From Coriobacteriia bacterium (lineage in GTDB: Bacteria > Actinomycetota > Coriobacteriia > Anaerosomatales > SLCP01), in assembly GCA_014859265.1 (NCBI GenBank), contig JACUUN010000005.1:1-57626 (forward strand): 57,626 nt of DNA, given 5' to 3'. Of the stretch, positions 17,560 through 27,784 are shown in pieces. Under the pieces are notes generated by a model that worked only from the letters and a program-made list of their open reading frames with translations, did not search any database and was not told the DNA's origin. The position numbers were made by a program, and so were the translations under genes. The stretch's first letter is position 1. Each line of letters opens with the position of its first letter.

Positions 17560-18867
17560 TCAGTCCTTCTGTCGAAACTTGAGCATGATGGGGGTTCCCG
17601 TGAAGTCGAACGCCTCGCGCAGACGGTTCTCGACGTAGCGACGGAAGTTGTCATCGGCAAGTGTCGGATGGTTCGCGAAGAACGTGAATCCCGGTGGCGC
17701 TGTGCGCGTCTGTGTCACGTAGTGCACCCGGAGCGTGCGGGCGCCCTTGCTCACGGTGTGACCGAAGTCCCGCATCTCGGTGAGAAGCCTGTTGAGCGCG
17801 CTCGTCGTTATCTCCTGTGTGTAGTTGTGCCACACGGTCTCGAGGGCTCTAAAGATGCGCTGCACCTTCGCACCGGTGAGCGCGCTTATCCGTATGACGG
17901 GCGCGTAGGAGACGAAGCCGAGCCGGTCCTCGATCTGATAGGCTAGCTCATCCCGCTCCTCCTCATCGGTGACCAGGTCCCACTTGTTGAGGAGGATGAT
18001 GAGCCCGCATCCGCGTTCCTCGGCGAAACGTGCCACGCGCTGATCCTGGTCGGTGACCCCTAGCGTCGAGTCGATCACAAGCAGGGCGATCTCCGCACTA
18101 TCAATCGCACGCATCGCACGCACGAATCCGTAGTACTCGACGTCTGCATCGATCTTCGCCTTGCGCCTGATGCCGGCGGTGTCGATGAACCGGTAGTGGC
18201 AGCTGTCACGTTCGAGCAGAACATCGAGGGTGTCACGAGTGGTACCGGGCACCTCGCTCACGATGGCCCTCTCGGAACCGGTCAGCCGGTTCAGCAGTGA
18301 CGACTTACCGGCGTTGGGCTTGCCGATGATTGCGACATCGATGGCGTCGGACTCGATGACCGGGCGGGGCTCCGGCAGCGAAGTTACCACCGCGTCGAGC
18401 AGGTCCCCGGTGCCATGGCCATGCGTGGCCGACACTGGCCACGGCTCGCCGAGGCCGAGAGCCCAGAACTCATGGACCTGATCGTCCCGCCCCGGTGTGT
18501 CCATCTTGTTCACCGCGAGGAATATCGGGACCTGAGCGCGCTTCAGCCTGCGCGCGACCTCTTCATCACCGGCAGTGACTCCTGTAGTCCCGTCCACAAG
18601 CACGATGACCACGTCAGCCTCCTCGGTCGCTACGAGTGCCTGTGCGGTGATTGACTCAGCGAACGGGTCGGCCTTGGCGCTTTCGATGCCTCCGGTGTCG
18701 ATGAGCATGAACTCGTGGCCGTTCCACTCCGCACGGTGGTAGCTGCGGTCGCGAGTGACCCCGGAAGCCTCGTGGACGATTGCATCTGCCGTTTGCGCGA
18801 TTCTGTTGACCAGGGTGGATTTGCCGACATTCGGACGCCCGACCACTGCGACGATAGGGAGTGACAT
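17560..18867 (-). CDS. der: Ribosome biogenesis double GTPase Der/EngA
   Basis: Two G domains (GRPNVGKS, GKPNAGKSS; DTGG, DTAG) plus KH-like C-terminus. Confidence 0.97.
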   Translation of the reverse strand: MSLPIVAVVGRPNVGKSTLVNRIAQTADAIVHEASGVTRDRSYHRAEWNGHEFMLIDTGGIESAKADPFAESITAQALVATEEADVVIVLVDGTTGVTAGDEEVARRLKRAQVPIFLAVNKMDTPGRDDQVHEFWALGLGEPWPVSATHGHGTGDLLDAVVTSLPEPRPVIESDAIDVAIIGKPNAGKSSLLNRLTGSERAIVSEVPGTTRDTLDVLLERDSCHYRFIDTAGIRRKAKIDADVEYYGFVRAMRAIDSAEIALLVIDSTLGVTDQDQRVARFAEERGCGLIILLNKWDLVTDEEERDELAYQIEDRLGFVSYAPVIRISALTGAKVQRIFRALETVWHNYTQEITTSALNRLLTEMRDFGHTVSKGARTLRVHYVTQTRTAPPGFTFFANHPTLADDNFRRYVENRLREAFDFTGTPIMLKFRQKD

Positions 18868-18919
18868 CGATGCTCCTACTGGTGGAGGTCCGGCGCGGAG
18901 ACTGCGCCGTCCTGCAGCG

Positions 18920-20257
18920 TTAGAGGATACCAGAGAGTAGGGCGCAAGCGTGTGGCGCCACGAACTCCACCCGTCTTCCGCAGGCGGCGGAGATCTCATC
19001 GGCCGAGAGGCCGTCCAGGGTCACACCGTCCTCGTTGAAGATCACACTCGGAATCAGGACGTGCGTATCGGCCCCGTGCGCCCACACCGCGCGCGACACG
19101 TCGGCGCCGGTGAGGAGTCCCGCGACCGAAACGTTGCCGCCGAAGAAGGTGTTGTCGACGGCGAGCACGTCGAATGCGTCGCGCACTCCCGCATCGTCCA
19201 GAAGCGAGGTCAGCGCGGGCGCAAAGAGCGTCCCCGTGACCACCGTGGCGCGCAAACCCTCTGGGACAGCCGGAACGCTGCCCGAGAGCCCCTCGGCTGT
19301 GACAACCGCGAGGAACTCGTCGGTGAAGTCGCGCAGAAGCCCGATGCCGTTCTCGAACTGAGGAAAGCCGTCGTACGCCTCGGCAGGTGGTACCGGCCGC
19401 CCGGCGTTCAGATAGAACTCGTCAGCGGCGTGTACCCAACAGATGTCATCGCGCTCGCGGAATGCCGTGCGCCATGGCTCCAGCTCATCCAGCACCGCCG
19501 CTGCCGCCAACGCCGACTCATACGAGTGAGAGAAGCGGGTCTGATGGCGCGTGTAGCCGAGCGGGACGACTCCTACCGAACGGACGCCTTCCCGAGCGGC
19601 TAGCCAGGTCAGCGAAGCGTCCAGCTCTAGCCCGTCGTTGACACCGGGAACGAGCACGATCTGGACGTGGAGGTCGATGCCCTCAGCGAGCAGTTCATCG
19701 GCGACCTCGAGAGCACGGTCCTCACGCGGGCACACGAGCTCCGCGCGGACTGCGGGGGTGACCGCGTGCAGGGAAACATAGAGGGGCGAGAGATGCTGTT
19801 CGACAACGCGGTCGATGTCTTCCCCGGTAAGGTTCGTAAGCGTCACGAAGTTCCCCTGCAGGAAGGAGAGACGGTAGTCATCGTCGCGGACGTAGAGTGC
19901 GGGACGCAGACCGGGGGGCAACTGTGCCAAGAAACAGAACGCGCATGCATTGCGGCAGGTGCGGACTCCATCGAATAGCACATGGCTAAAGGAGAATCCC
20001 CAGGTCTCGCCGGAATCACGTTCGAGCCCGATGCAGCGGGTCTCCCCCTCCGCCAGAATCTCGATTTCGACTTTACGGCCGTCACTCTCCCATCGCCAGT
20101 CGATCACATCCCGGAGGCTACGCCCGTTCGCGGTCGATATCACGACCCCGGGGGACAAGCCCGCCCGGTCCGCCGGTCCGCCGGGCTCCACGTGAGCTAC
20201 CCTGGCCTCGCCGGCCAGATTCAGACCGCTGCCTCCGTATGTACGCTCTGGGAGCAC
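18920..20257 (-). CDS. PDZ + DUF512 putative radical-SAM/Fe-S protein
   Basis: N-terminal PDZ-like region; 'CRNACAFCF', 'DDDYRLSFLQGNFVTLTN', 'PQFENGIG', 'AGLLTG'; typical neighbour of der. Confidence 0.9.
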   Translation of the reverse strand: MLPERTYGGSGLNLAGEARVAHVEPGGPADRAGLSPGVVISTANGRSLRDVIDWRWESDGRKVEIEILAEGETRCIGLERDSGETWGFSFSHVLFDGVRTCRNACAFCFLAQLPPGLRPALYVRDDDYRLSFLQGNFVTLTNLTGEDIDRVVEQHLSPLYVSLHAVTPAVRAELVCPREDRALEVADELLAEGIDLHVQIVLVPGVNDGLELDASLTWLAAREGVRSVGVVPLGYTRHQTRFSHSYESALAAAAVLDELEPWRTAFRERDDICWVHAADEFYLNAGRPVPPAEAYDGFPQFENGIGLLRDFTDEFLAVVTAEGLSGSVPAVPEGLRATVVTGTLFAPALTSLLDDAGVRDAFDVLAVDNTFFGGNVSVAGLLTGADVSRAVWAHGADTHVLIPSVIFNEDGVTLDGLSADEISAACGRRVEFVAPHACALLSGIL

Positions 20258-20258
20258 G

Positions 20259-21092
20259 TCAGCCGAGCGCTTCAATCGCGGCGATGACGCCCGCCATCTG
20301 GGCATCAGGGGTGGAAGCGCCGGCGGTCACCCCCACGACCATCGCCCCCTCAAACCAGGCTGGATCGAGCTCGTCAGAGGTCTCGACATGGTGCGTTCGG
20401 GGATTAACCCGTGCGCATATCTCTGCGAGCCGTGTCGTGTTTCCGGAGTTGTGACCGCCTACGACGACCATAGCGTCGACCTCGCTGGCCAACTCTTCGG
20501 CGGACAATTGCCTCTTAGCGGTAGCCGAACAGATCGTGTTGAAAACCCGGAGCTCCGTCACCCGGGGAAGTATTGCCTGGACCACTGCGGCCAGACGGTC
20601 GGCTGATTGCGTCGTCTGCACAACGATGCCGATGCGCCGGTTCGAGAAGCGCTCGGGCAGCTCCTCGGGCGTCTGCACGATGATCGCGTCGCCGCCCGCA
20701 TGGGCGTTGATGCCCTCCACCTCGGGATGGTCCGCCTCGCCGACGATCACGACGGCATAGCCGCCGGCCTTGAGTTCACGAGCGGCGTCGTGCGCCTTGC
20801 TCACGAACGGACACGTTGCATCGACAACATCGAGCCCCTTTGCGCGCGCAGTCTCGATAATCGCTGGGTCGACGCCGTGGGAACGGATGACGAGTGTCCC
20901 GTCATCGGCCTCGTCGAGACACCCAGCCACCTCGACCCCCCGCCCTTTGAGGGCGGCGACCGCCTGCGGATTATGAATCAGGGGTCCGAGTGTGCGGACG
21001 ACCTTCCCGCTGCCAACGGCCTCCTCGGCCAGTTCCAGAGCACGCTCCACTCCGTAGCACACGCCTGCATGACGAGCGACCCGTATCTGCAT
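20259..21092 (-). CDS. ispH: 4-hydroxy-3-methylbut-2-enyl diphosphate reductase
   Basis: 'GVCYGVERA', 'IHNP', 'DATCPFV', 'HPEV', 'TICSAT', 'SGNT', 'TAGASTP'. Confidence 0.97.
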   Translation of the reverse strand: MQIRVARHAGVCYGVERALELAEEAVGSGKVVRTLGPLIHNPQAVAALKGRGVEVAGCLDEADDGTLVIRSHGVDPAIIETARAKGLDVVDATCPFVSKAHDAARELKAGGYAVVIVGEADHPEVEGINAHAGGDAIIVQTPEELPERFSNRRIGIVVQTTQSADRLAAVVQAILPRVTELRVFNTICSATAKRQLSAEELASEVDAMVVVGGHNSGNTTRLAEICARVNPRTHHVETSDELDPAWFEGAMVVGVTAGASTPDAQMAGVIAAIEALG

Positions 21093-21094
21093 CT

Positions 21095-21727
21095 CTACGC
21101 CTCCCTGGCCCGGTCCCTCGCGCGGGCTATGCGCTCCATTATCTCCCGGGTCATGAGCTCGACGCGCTCTTTGCGCCCGCCGTCCGTGAACTCCTCCGGT
21201 CTGACAGGCACACCATAGCGAATCGTCACACGCGGGAAGCGCGGCACGCGTGCGCCTGGCGGAAGTGCCTCGGCGGTACCGTGAATGCCCACGGGAACGA
21301 CCGGAACCCCGGAACGCAGGGCCATGAACGCGACGCCCTCGTTTGCCTCGCCGAGCCCGTCTGCTCCGTGTGCGCGATGCCGCGTCCCTTCCGGGAAGAT
21401 ACCCACGAGCTCGCCGGAGTCGAGCAGCGAGGCGGCAGTACTCAACGCAACTCTGTCAGGCATGCCGCGACGAACCGGAAACGCAAGAAGACGCTTAAGA
21501 GCGAAGCCGATGAACCGTGAATCCCACAGCTCGACCTTCGCCATGAAGTGCACGGGGCGGGGCGCACCGCACCATAGAAGGACCGGGTCAAGGTAGGACA
21601 CGTGGTTACCTGCGAGGATCGCCCCGCCCGGCGGCACGTTCTCGACACCGGCGAATCGCGTACGGTATGCACCGAGTACTACGTGAGCGAGGGTCAACCT
21701 CAGGGCGCGTGTCAACAGTGCACTCAC
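21095..21727 (-). CDS. plsC: 1-acyl-sn-glycerol-3-phosphate acyltransferase
   Basis: 'NHVSYLDP', 'FPEGTR'. Confidence 0.92.
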   Translation of the reverse strand: MSALLTRALRLTLAHVVLGAYRTRFAGVENVPPGGAILAGNHVSYLDPVLLWCGAPRPVHFMAKVELWDSRFIGFALKRLLAFPVRRGMPDRVALSTAASLLDSGELVGIFPEGTRHRAHGADGLGEANEGVAFMALRSGVPVVPVGIHGTAEALPPGARVPRFPRVTIRYGVPVRPEEFTDGGRKERVELMTREIMERIARARDRAREA

Positions 21728-22398
21728 GGGGTCACACGCTCCACCAAGGCGGCAACCGCGTCTACTACCTCGGTTACGGAAAGACCGGTCGTATCCAACA
21801 TCACGGCGTCTTCCGCGGCAGTAAGCGGCGCGGCTTCACGCGATGAGTCGGCGTGGTCGCGACGCTGCAAGCCACTTCGAACCGTGTCCTCATCGACGCT
21901 GTGCCCACGACCGGTCATCTCGGCGTGTCTGCGTCGCGCACGCTCCCCGGCCGAGGCGGTCAGGAACACCTTGACCTCGGCGTGCGGGAAGACCACCGTT
22001 CCTATGTCGCGGCCTTCGAGGACGATCGCGTTCGCCTCTGCGGCAATCCGGCGCTGCTGTGCCACCATGGCGGCCCGCACCTCCGGCATACGTGCGACGG
22101 CGCTCACCGCGTCATCAACCGCAGGCGTGCGTATGGCAGTCGTGATATCAGCATTGTCCAAAAGCACCGCGGTCGGTATCGGCGAGTCATCCGCGTGGAT
22201 GAACTCGATCGAGAGCGTACCTGCAAGGGTAGCGACAGCATGCTCGTCAGCGAGCGGGACTCCACGCTGGAGGGCGGCCAGCGCGACGGCCCGGTACATC
22301 GCGCCGGTGTCGAGGTAGTGGGCCCCGATCCGGCGCGCCAGAGCCCTGGCGACCGTGGACTTTCCTGAGGCAGCAGGGCCGTCGATGGCGATTATCAC
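21724..22398 (-). CDS. cmk: Cytidylate kinase
   Basis: 'IAIDGPAASGKST', 'DTGAMYR', 'EGRDIGTVVFP'. Confidence 0.97.
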   Translation of the reverse strand: MIIAIDGPAASGKSTVARALARRIGAHYLDTGAMYRAVALAALQRGVPLADEHAVATLAGTLSIEFIHADDSPIPTAVLLDNADITTAIRTPAVDDAVSAVARMPEVRAAMVAQQRRIAAEANAIVLEGRDIGTVVFPHAEVKVFLTASAGERARRRHAEMTGRGHSVDEDTVRSGLQRRDHADSSREAAPLTAAEDAVMLDTTGLSVTEVVDAVAALVERVTP

Positions 22399-22463
22399 GG
22401 TACGCGGCTCCTGTCCGTCATGGTTGGGATGATGCGCGCCGCATCATAGCACGGGGACGACGC

Positions 22464-23774
22464 TCAGCCGGTGGCCCCAAGCGCGACCAGGTCGGCAGCG
22501 AACCGTGGATATGATACGTCCACCGCTTCGAACCCGGTGACCGTCACCGGGAATGCCGATACCAGGCCCGCGAGCGCCCATGTCATCGCAAGGCGATGGT
22601 CTCCCCTGCTGGCGAGGGTCACACCCCTGAGGTCTGCGGACCCCTCAACAATCAGCGTGTCTCCCTCGGCGTGGGCTGACGCACCGAGTGCCGTCAGCCC
22701 CTCGATGACGGCGGCCAAGCGGTCCGATTCTTTGACGCGGAGCTCCCCCGCACCCTCGAAACGCGTTGGCCCTTCGGCCTGCGTGGCGAGCAGCGCGAGC
22801 ACCGGAACCTCGTCGACGAGAGCCGGGACCTCCTCGGCGTGGACAACAGTCGAGCGGAGCGAACCCGAATATCCGACGTGGATCGTTCCAACGGGTTCGG
22901 CCCCTGCCGAAGCTGATGGCTGGACCCGGACATCGGCGTCCATTCGCTCGAGGACGTCCAGGAAAGCGATTCTCGTAGGGTTCAGGCCGACACCGGTGAC
23001 CGTGAGGTGGCTGCCGGGTACTAGTATCCCCGCGGCCACGATGAATGCCGCCGATGACGGATCTCCCGGGACGACGATGTCGGTGGCCGTAGGCAGCACA
23101 GGCCCATCCACCCATGCCGAGTGCGCAATGAGATCCCTGCCGACCGGCACACCGAACGCCGGGAGCAGCAGCTCGGTGTGATCGCGAGAACGAGCAGGCT
23201 CGCGGACCACGGTGCGGCCGTGGGCGCGCACACCAGCCAGAAGGACCGCGGTCTTGACCTGAGCGCTTGCCACCCGGCTCTCGTATTCGATCGCGGTGAG
23301 CTCGCCCCCGCGGACTGTGACGGGCAGGGTTCCACCGGTGGACTGGAACGAGGCACCCATGGCATCGAGCGGACCCGTCACCCGCTCCATGGGACGCTTT
23401 GAGAGCGAAGCGTCTCCGGTGAGCGTGACCTCGACGTCCCACCCGGCGAGCACGCCGAGCAGCAGACGTGCGGTCGTGCCACTGTTGCCGCAGTCGATCG
23501 GGGTGTCGGGAGCAACCGGGCCCGTGTCACCCCATCCTGTCACCGAGATAGCGAGTGCCTCGTCGGGCGCTTCCTCGACACGCACGTCCGCACCCAGGAC
23601 GCGAACCGCGCCGATGGTCGACCGGACATCATTGCTGTCGAGCACACCTGTAAGCCGGGAAGTGCCCTGTGCCATCGCGGCGAAGAGCACCGAGCGGTGC
23701 GAGAGGGACTTGTCTCCCGGCACCGCTATCTCTCCAGTCAACGGCGCGACAGGCCTCGCCGAGACGTAATCCAT
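22464..23774 (-). CDS. aroA: EPSP synthase (class II)
   Basis: 'PGDKSLSHR', 'DCGNSGTT', 'SAQVK', 'RDHTE', 'ELRVKESDR', 'DHRLAM'. Confidence 0.97.
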   Translation of the reverse strand: MDYVSARPVAPLTGEIAVPGDKSLSHRSVLFAAMAQGTSRLTGVLDSNDVRSTIGAVRVLGADVRVEEAPDEALAISVTGWGDTGPVAPDTPIDCGNSGTTARLLLGVLAGWDVEVTLTGDASLSKRPMERVTGPLDAMGASFQSTGGTLPVTVRGGELTAIEYESRVASAQVKTAVLLAGVRAHGRTVVREPARSRDHTELLLPAFGVPVGRDLIAHSAWVDGPVLPTATDIVVPGDPSSAAFIVAAGILVPGSHLTVTGVGLNPTRIAFLDVLERMDADVRVQPSASAGAEPVGTIHVGYSGSLRSTVVHAEEVPALVDEVPVLALLATQAEGPTRFEGAGELRVKESDRLAAVIEGLTALGASAHAEGDTLIVEGSADLRGVTLASRGDHRLAMTWALAGLVSAFPVTVTGFEAVDVSYPRFAADLVALGATG

Positions 23775-23791
23775 GATGCCCGTCTCCCTCC

Positions 23792-24919
23792 TCAGCCCTC
23801 GAGCGGGCGTGTCTGGGGAGCGTACCCCGCCGACCGCAAGTCCTCGACGAAGCGATCGATGTCTCCCTCATCGGTCATCACGATCACAAGATGTGCGCTT
23901 GCCTCTGAGACGTGGTCGATTTCGATGGCTTCTATGTTGCACCCGGCGCGGCTGGCCGCCGTGGTCACCTCGGCGACCACGCCAGGACGGTCCAGCACCG
24001 GAACGACGACCTCGGTAAGGCGCGACGTGGCGGGTACCCACTGCGCCGGAAGCGAACGCCGGATGTCCGCCGCGCGGGCGAGCCACGATCGCAACCCGTC
24101 GGCGTCATTCGCCCGCAGCATCTCCGTGAACTCCCCGAGTACGTCACGCAGCTCGTCGACCCCTCCGGCGACGGCATCGGCGTTATCCAGACAGATGCCG
24201 GTCCACAGATCCGGACTCCCCGCCGCGACCCGTGTAGTGTCCTTGAAGCCGCCGGCCGCGAGCCTCAGCAACTCCCCGTCCTCACCCGCGTGGCCCGCAG
24301 CCAAATCGACCAGCGCACTGGCGGCGACGTGAGGTACGTGACTGATGATCGCTACCGCTTCATCGTGCGACGCCGGATCGACAGAGATCACGCGGCAGCC
24401 GAGCTCGCTCACAAGCGCATGTACGCGCCGGTACGCATCCACATCGGTCGAAGGGCTCGGTGTCAGGACGTAGTACGCGCCGCTGAACAGATCGGGGTCG
24501 GCCGCCTCGACTCCGCTGCGCTCCGACCCGGCCATCGGATGACCCCCGACGAATGCCGCCTGGCCGCCGAGTCGCTCTTCGGCGACCGCGATGATGGAGG
24601 ACTTCGTGGACGCGACATCGGTGACGACCCCGCCATAACCCCCGGTAGCCAGCCGTTCGATCCACTCAACGACACGGGAGGCGGGAGTGGCCAGCACCAC
24701 CAGGTCCGTGCCCCCGGGTCCCAGCCACTCCCTGGCCCCGAGCCCGTCGGGCAGTGAGGCGGCATCGATGAGGCTGTGTGAGAGGGCCCACTCGAGCCCC
24801 GCCGGGTCGGTGTCGATGCCTACTACCCGCGGCGGGTTGTCGAGGCGTTTGAGCGCTGCGGCGAAGGAGCCGCCGATGAGGCCCACGCCCACCACCGCGA
24901 CGGAAGCAAATCGCATCAC
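23792..24919 (-). CDS. tyrA: Prephenate dehydrogenase with C-terminal ACT domain
   Basis: 'GVGLIGGS', 'DVASTK', 'GGHPMAGSE', 'SHVPH', 'GGFKDTTRVA', ACT 'DRPGVVA'. Confidence 0.94.
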   Translation of the reverse strand: MMRFASVAVVGVGLIGGSFAAALKRLDNPPRVVGIDTDPAGLEWALSHSLIDAASLPDGLGAREWLGPGGTDLVVLATPASRVVEWIERLATGGYGGVVTDVASTKSSIIAVAEERLGGQAAFVGGHPMAGSERSGVEAADPDLFSGAYYVLTPSPSTDVDAYRRVHALVSELGCRVISVDPASHDEAVAIISHVPHVAASALVDLAAGHAGEDGELLRLAAGGFKDTTRVAAGSPDLWTGICLDNADAVAGGVDELRDVLGEFTEMLRANDADGLRSWLARAADIRRSLPAQWVPATSRLTEVVVPVLDRPGVVAEVTTAASRAGCNIEAIEIDHVSEASAHLVIVMTDEGDIDRFVEDLRSAGYAPQTRPLEG

Positions 24920-25941
24920 GACACCCCCGGGTGCTTGCCGACGAGATCGAGCAGGGGCGCGAGACCGTCCATCAGCCCCTTGAAGCCGGGCAGATCGAGC
25001 GATTGCGGTCCGTCGCAGCGCGCCCGCTCGGGCTCCGGATGCACCTCGACCATGACGCCGTCAGCGCCCGCGATCACTGCCGCCTGGGCCATCGGCGCCA
25101 CAAGCTCACGTCTTCCGGTGGCATGTGAGGGGTCCACAACGATCGGCAGGTGTGTCAGCGACTTCAAGGCGGCGACCGCGGCAAGGTCGAGGGTGTTGCG
25201 TGTGTACGTCTCGAACGTGCGGATGCCCCGCTCACACAGGATGAGGTCCCTGTTGCCGCCCTTCAGAACGTACTCGGCGGCGGAGAGGAGCTCCTCGATG
25301 GTTGCCGAGAGGCCCCGCTTGAGAAGCACCGGCTTGCCCATCTTCCCCAACTCGTCGAGCATCATGAAATTCTGCATGTTGCGCGCGCCGACCTGCAGCA
25401 CGTCGGCCCACTCGGCCACGGTCGCCGCATCCCGGACGTCGAGCACTTCGGTGACCACGGGAAGCCCGAACTCATCTGCGGCCTCCCGCATCATGCGCAG
25501 CCCTTCGACACCAAGCCCCTGGAACGCGTACGGGCTCGTGCGCGGCTTGTACGCACCCCCGCGGAGCATCGCCGCGCCTGCGTCCTTCGCGACCTCGGCA
25601 ACCGCCCGCATCTGCTCGGGTGACTCCACCGAACACGGACCGGCAATTGTGGCAAACGCTCCTCCGCCGATCGACGACCCTTGCGGGAGGGTCACGACCG
25701 TGTCCTCGGGTTGGAACTCCCGGCTTACGAGTTTGTACGGCTTGAGGACTCTGACGACGTTCTCGACCCCGGGAAGGCCCTCGAGCTCGAGGTTGTAGAT
25801 GGTCTCCCGGTCTCCGATGACACCGATGATCGTCTTGACCTCGCCCTGGGACAGATGAGCCTGGGCACCGGCCTCCTCGAGGACCTCGACGACGTGATCG
25901 ATATCGCTCCGGGACGCATGGTCCCGCATCACTACAAGCAT
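24916..25941 (-). CDS. aroF: DAHP synthase, type I-beta with N-terminal regulatory domain
   Basis: 'IAGPCSVES', 'GGAYKPRTSPY', 'GARNMQNF', 'CERGIRTFE', 'DPSH'. Confidence 0.95.
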   Translation of the reverse strand: MLVVMRDHASRSDIDHVVEVLEEAGAQAHLSQGEVKTIIGVIGDRETIYNLELEGLPGVENVVRVLKPYKLVSREFQPEDTVVTLPQGSSIGGGAFATIAGPCSVESPEQMRAVAEVAKDAGAAMLRGGAYKPRTSPYAFQGLGVEGLRMMREAADEFGLPVVTEVLDVRDAATVAEWADVLQVGARNMQNFMMLDELGKMGKPVLLKRGLSATIEELLSAAEYVLKGGNRDLILCERGIRTFETYTRNTLDLAAVAALKSLTHLPIVVDPSHATGRRELVAPMAQAAVIAGADGVMVEVHPEPERARCDGPQSLDLPGFKGLMDGLAPLLDLVGKHPGVS

Positions 25942-26004
25942 GGCTCTTCACTCCCTCGCCTCGATGCGTACCCGTTCACGCCTCCTTGGCACCAGGGGGT
26001 GACG

Positions 26005-27105
26005 CTAGACGCCACCGAGCCGTGCTACGACCGCTTCAAGAGCCGCGATCGTCGCCCGGGTGTCCTCGGGTGTCCCGACGCCAACCCGCAGAGCGGGAGC
26101 GGTGCCGAAGCCACGCACGATGACCCCCTCGCCGAGGAGTGCCTCGAACACTTCGACCGGCCGCTCGGTCCTCAAGTAGACGAAGTTCGTCTCGGACGGG
26201 ACGTATCCGATGCCAAGCCGGTCGAAGGCCGAATAGAGGTAGGTCTTCTGCTCCTGGTTCTCACGCTTGCGGCGCTCGACCTCAGCTTCGTCACCAAGGG
26301 AGTAGAAGGCACCGACCTGGGCTGGCGTGTTCACGTTGAAAGGCTCTCGGACCTTGTCGACAGCGTGCGCGAGCGGTGCGGGCAGTACGCCGTAGCCGAT
26401 ACGCAATCCGGCCAGCGAGTAGATCTTGGAGAACGTGCGGAGCACGGCCAGCGGACGATCGCCGTCGAACCAGTCGAGAGCGTCTGGGTAGCGGTCATCG
26501 GTGACGAACTCGAAGTACGCCTCGTCGACCACAACCATGACGTGGCCGGGAACCTCGGCCAGGAAGCGTTCGAACTTCTCGCGGTGGTAGATCGTACCGG
26601 TGGGGTTGTTCGGGTTGCAGAGGAATACGATGCGCGTCTTGTCGGTGATCGCTGCGAGCATGGCGGAGAGATCGTGTATCTCGTCTGCTGTGAGCGGCAC
26701 TTTGACGGCAATGGCGCCGAACATCTGTGTGACCATCGGGTAGACAACGAAGCTCGGCCAGGCGAACACGACCTCGTCTCCCGGACGCAGCAACACTTGT
26801 GCGATCAGACGTATGAGCTCGTTCGAGCCGTTGCCGATCACGAGGCTCTCGTCAGCCGCCCCCAGGTGCTGGCAGAGTGCACGTCTCAGAGCGCGGGCGG
26901 AGCCATCCGGGTAGCGATTAAGACGCGGAAGGACCGCCTCCATCGCCCTGAGCGCGGTCGGGAACGGGCCGCACGGGTGCTCGTTGCTGGAGAGCTTGAG
27001 GATGGTGTCGCGTCCAAAGCGTTCGCGTACCTCGCTGGCACGCAAGCCGGGGGCGTAGGGCACCATGGGATCGAGCTCTGCTCGTATGGCGGCTTCCCAA
27101 TCCAT
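26005..27105 (-). CDS. hisC: Histidinol-phosphate / aromatic aminotransferase
   Basis: 'KLSSNE', 'NRYPD', 'GNGSNE', 'NPNNPTG', 'DEAY', 'RTFSKIYSLAGLRIGY'. Confidence 0.92.
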   Translation of the reverse strand: MDWEAAIRAELDPMVPYAPGLRASEVRERFGRDTILKLSSNEHPCGPFPTALRAMEAVLPRLNRYPDGSARALRRALCQHLGAADESLVIGNGSNELIRLIAQVLLRPGDEVVFAWPSFVVYPMVTQMFGAIAVKVPLTADEIHDLSAMLAAITDKTRIVFLCNPNNPTGTIYHREKFERFLAEVPGHVMVVVDEAYFEFVTDDRYPDALDWFDGDRPLAVLRTFSKIYSLAGLRIGYGVLPAPLAHAVDKVREPFNVNTPAQVGAFYSLGDEAEVERRKRENQEQKTYLYSAFDRLGIGYVPSETNFVYLRTERPVEVFEALLGEGVIVRGFGTAPALRVGVGTPEDTRATIAALEAVVARLGGV

Positions 27106-27192
27106 CTCGGCTCTCAGGCGCTCCTCACGATCCCGGTGCGGGTGTGCCGAGGATTGTCGCAGGTCGGACGCGCACGAGCAAGAGATGGCCGG

Positions 27193-27780
27193 TCATCCGT
27201 GGACACAGAACTCCTCCATCATCCCGTGACCGTCCGTCACCGTGACGTGGGCTGCGGCACCATTCCTTATATGGAACGCCCAGATGTCGCTCGTCGACAA
27301 GCCGAGTAGATGCACCAGCATCGCCCTGAAGACGCCGCCGTGGGTACAGACCGCATGTCGGCCACCCAACCCGACCAGCAAGTCTGCGAACTCGGCCGCC
27401 CGGGCCTCTATCGCGGCACGCGACTCGCCGTCTGGCGCTACCGGGGTCTCAACGGAACGGTAGTCGAAGGCGAGTCCAGCCTCCTCGATCTCGGGCCAGG
27501 TCAGCCCCTCGGCCTGACCGAAGTCGAGCTCGAGCAGACGCTCGTCCACCTTCAAGGGAACGGCGGCTGCACCGGCGGCCGACTCGGCGACCCGGTACGC
27601 GCGCTCGAGCGGGCTCGACCATACGGTCTGCGGCTCGAATACCGCGATTCGTGCCACGAGCAGATCGACCTGGCGTACCCCCCGTTCGGTGTAGGGCGTC
27701 TCGCCACGCCCGACGAGCCGACCGTCGAGGTTCGCCTCGGTCTCGGGATGGCGGACGATAAGCACCTCGGTGACGTTCAT
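27193..27780 (-). CDS. cobC: Histidine phosphatase, probable alpha-ribazole phosphatase
   Basis: 'VRHPET', 'SSPLERA', 'ELDFG..EG', 'THGG'; follows cobU-cobT-cobS. Confidence 0.75.
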   Translation of the reverse strand: MNVTEVLIVRHPETEANLDGRLVGRGETPYTERGVRQVDLLVARIAVFEPQTVWSSPLERAYRVAESAAGAAAVPLKVDERLLELDFGQAEGLTWPEIEEAGLAFDYRSVETPVAPDGESRAAIEARAAEFADLLVGLGGRHAVCTHGGVFRAMLVHLLGLSTSDIWAFHIRNGAAAHVTVTDGHGMMEEFCVHG

Positions 27781-27784
27781 GCCC

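Noticed and set aside
26005-27105. CobD threonine-phosphate decarboxylase (next to cob genes)
   Set aside because: HisC-type N-terminus (KLSSNE, NRYPD) and the classic hisC-aroF-tyrA-aroA context.
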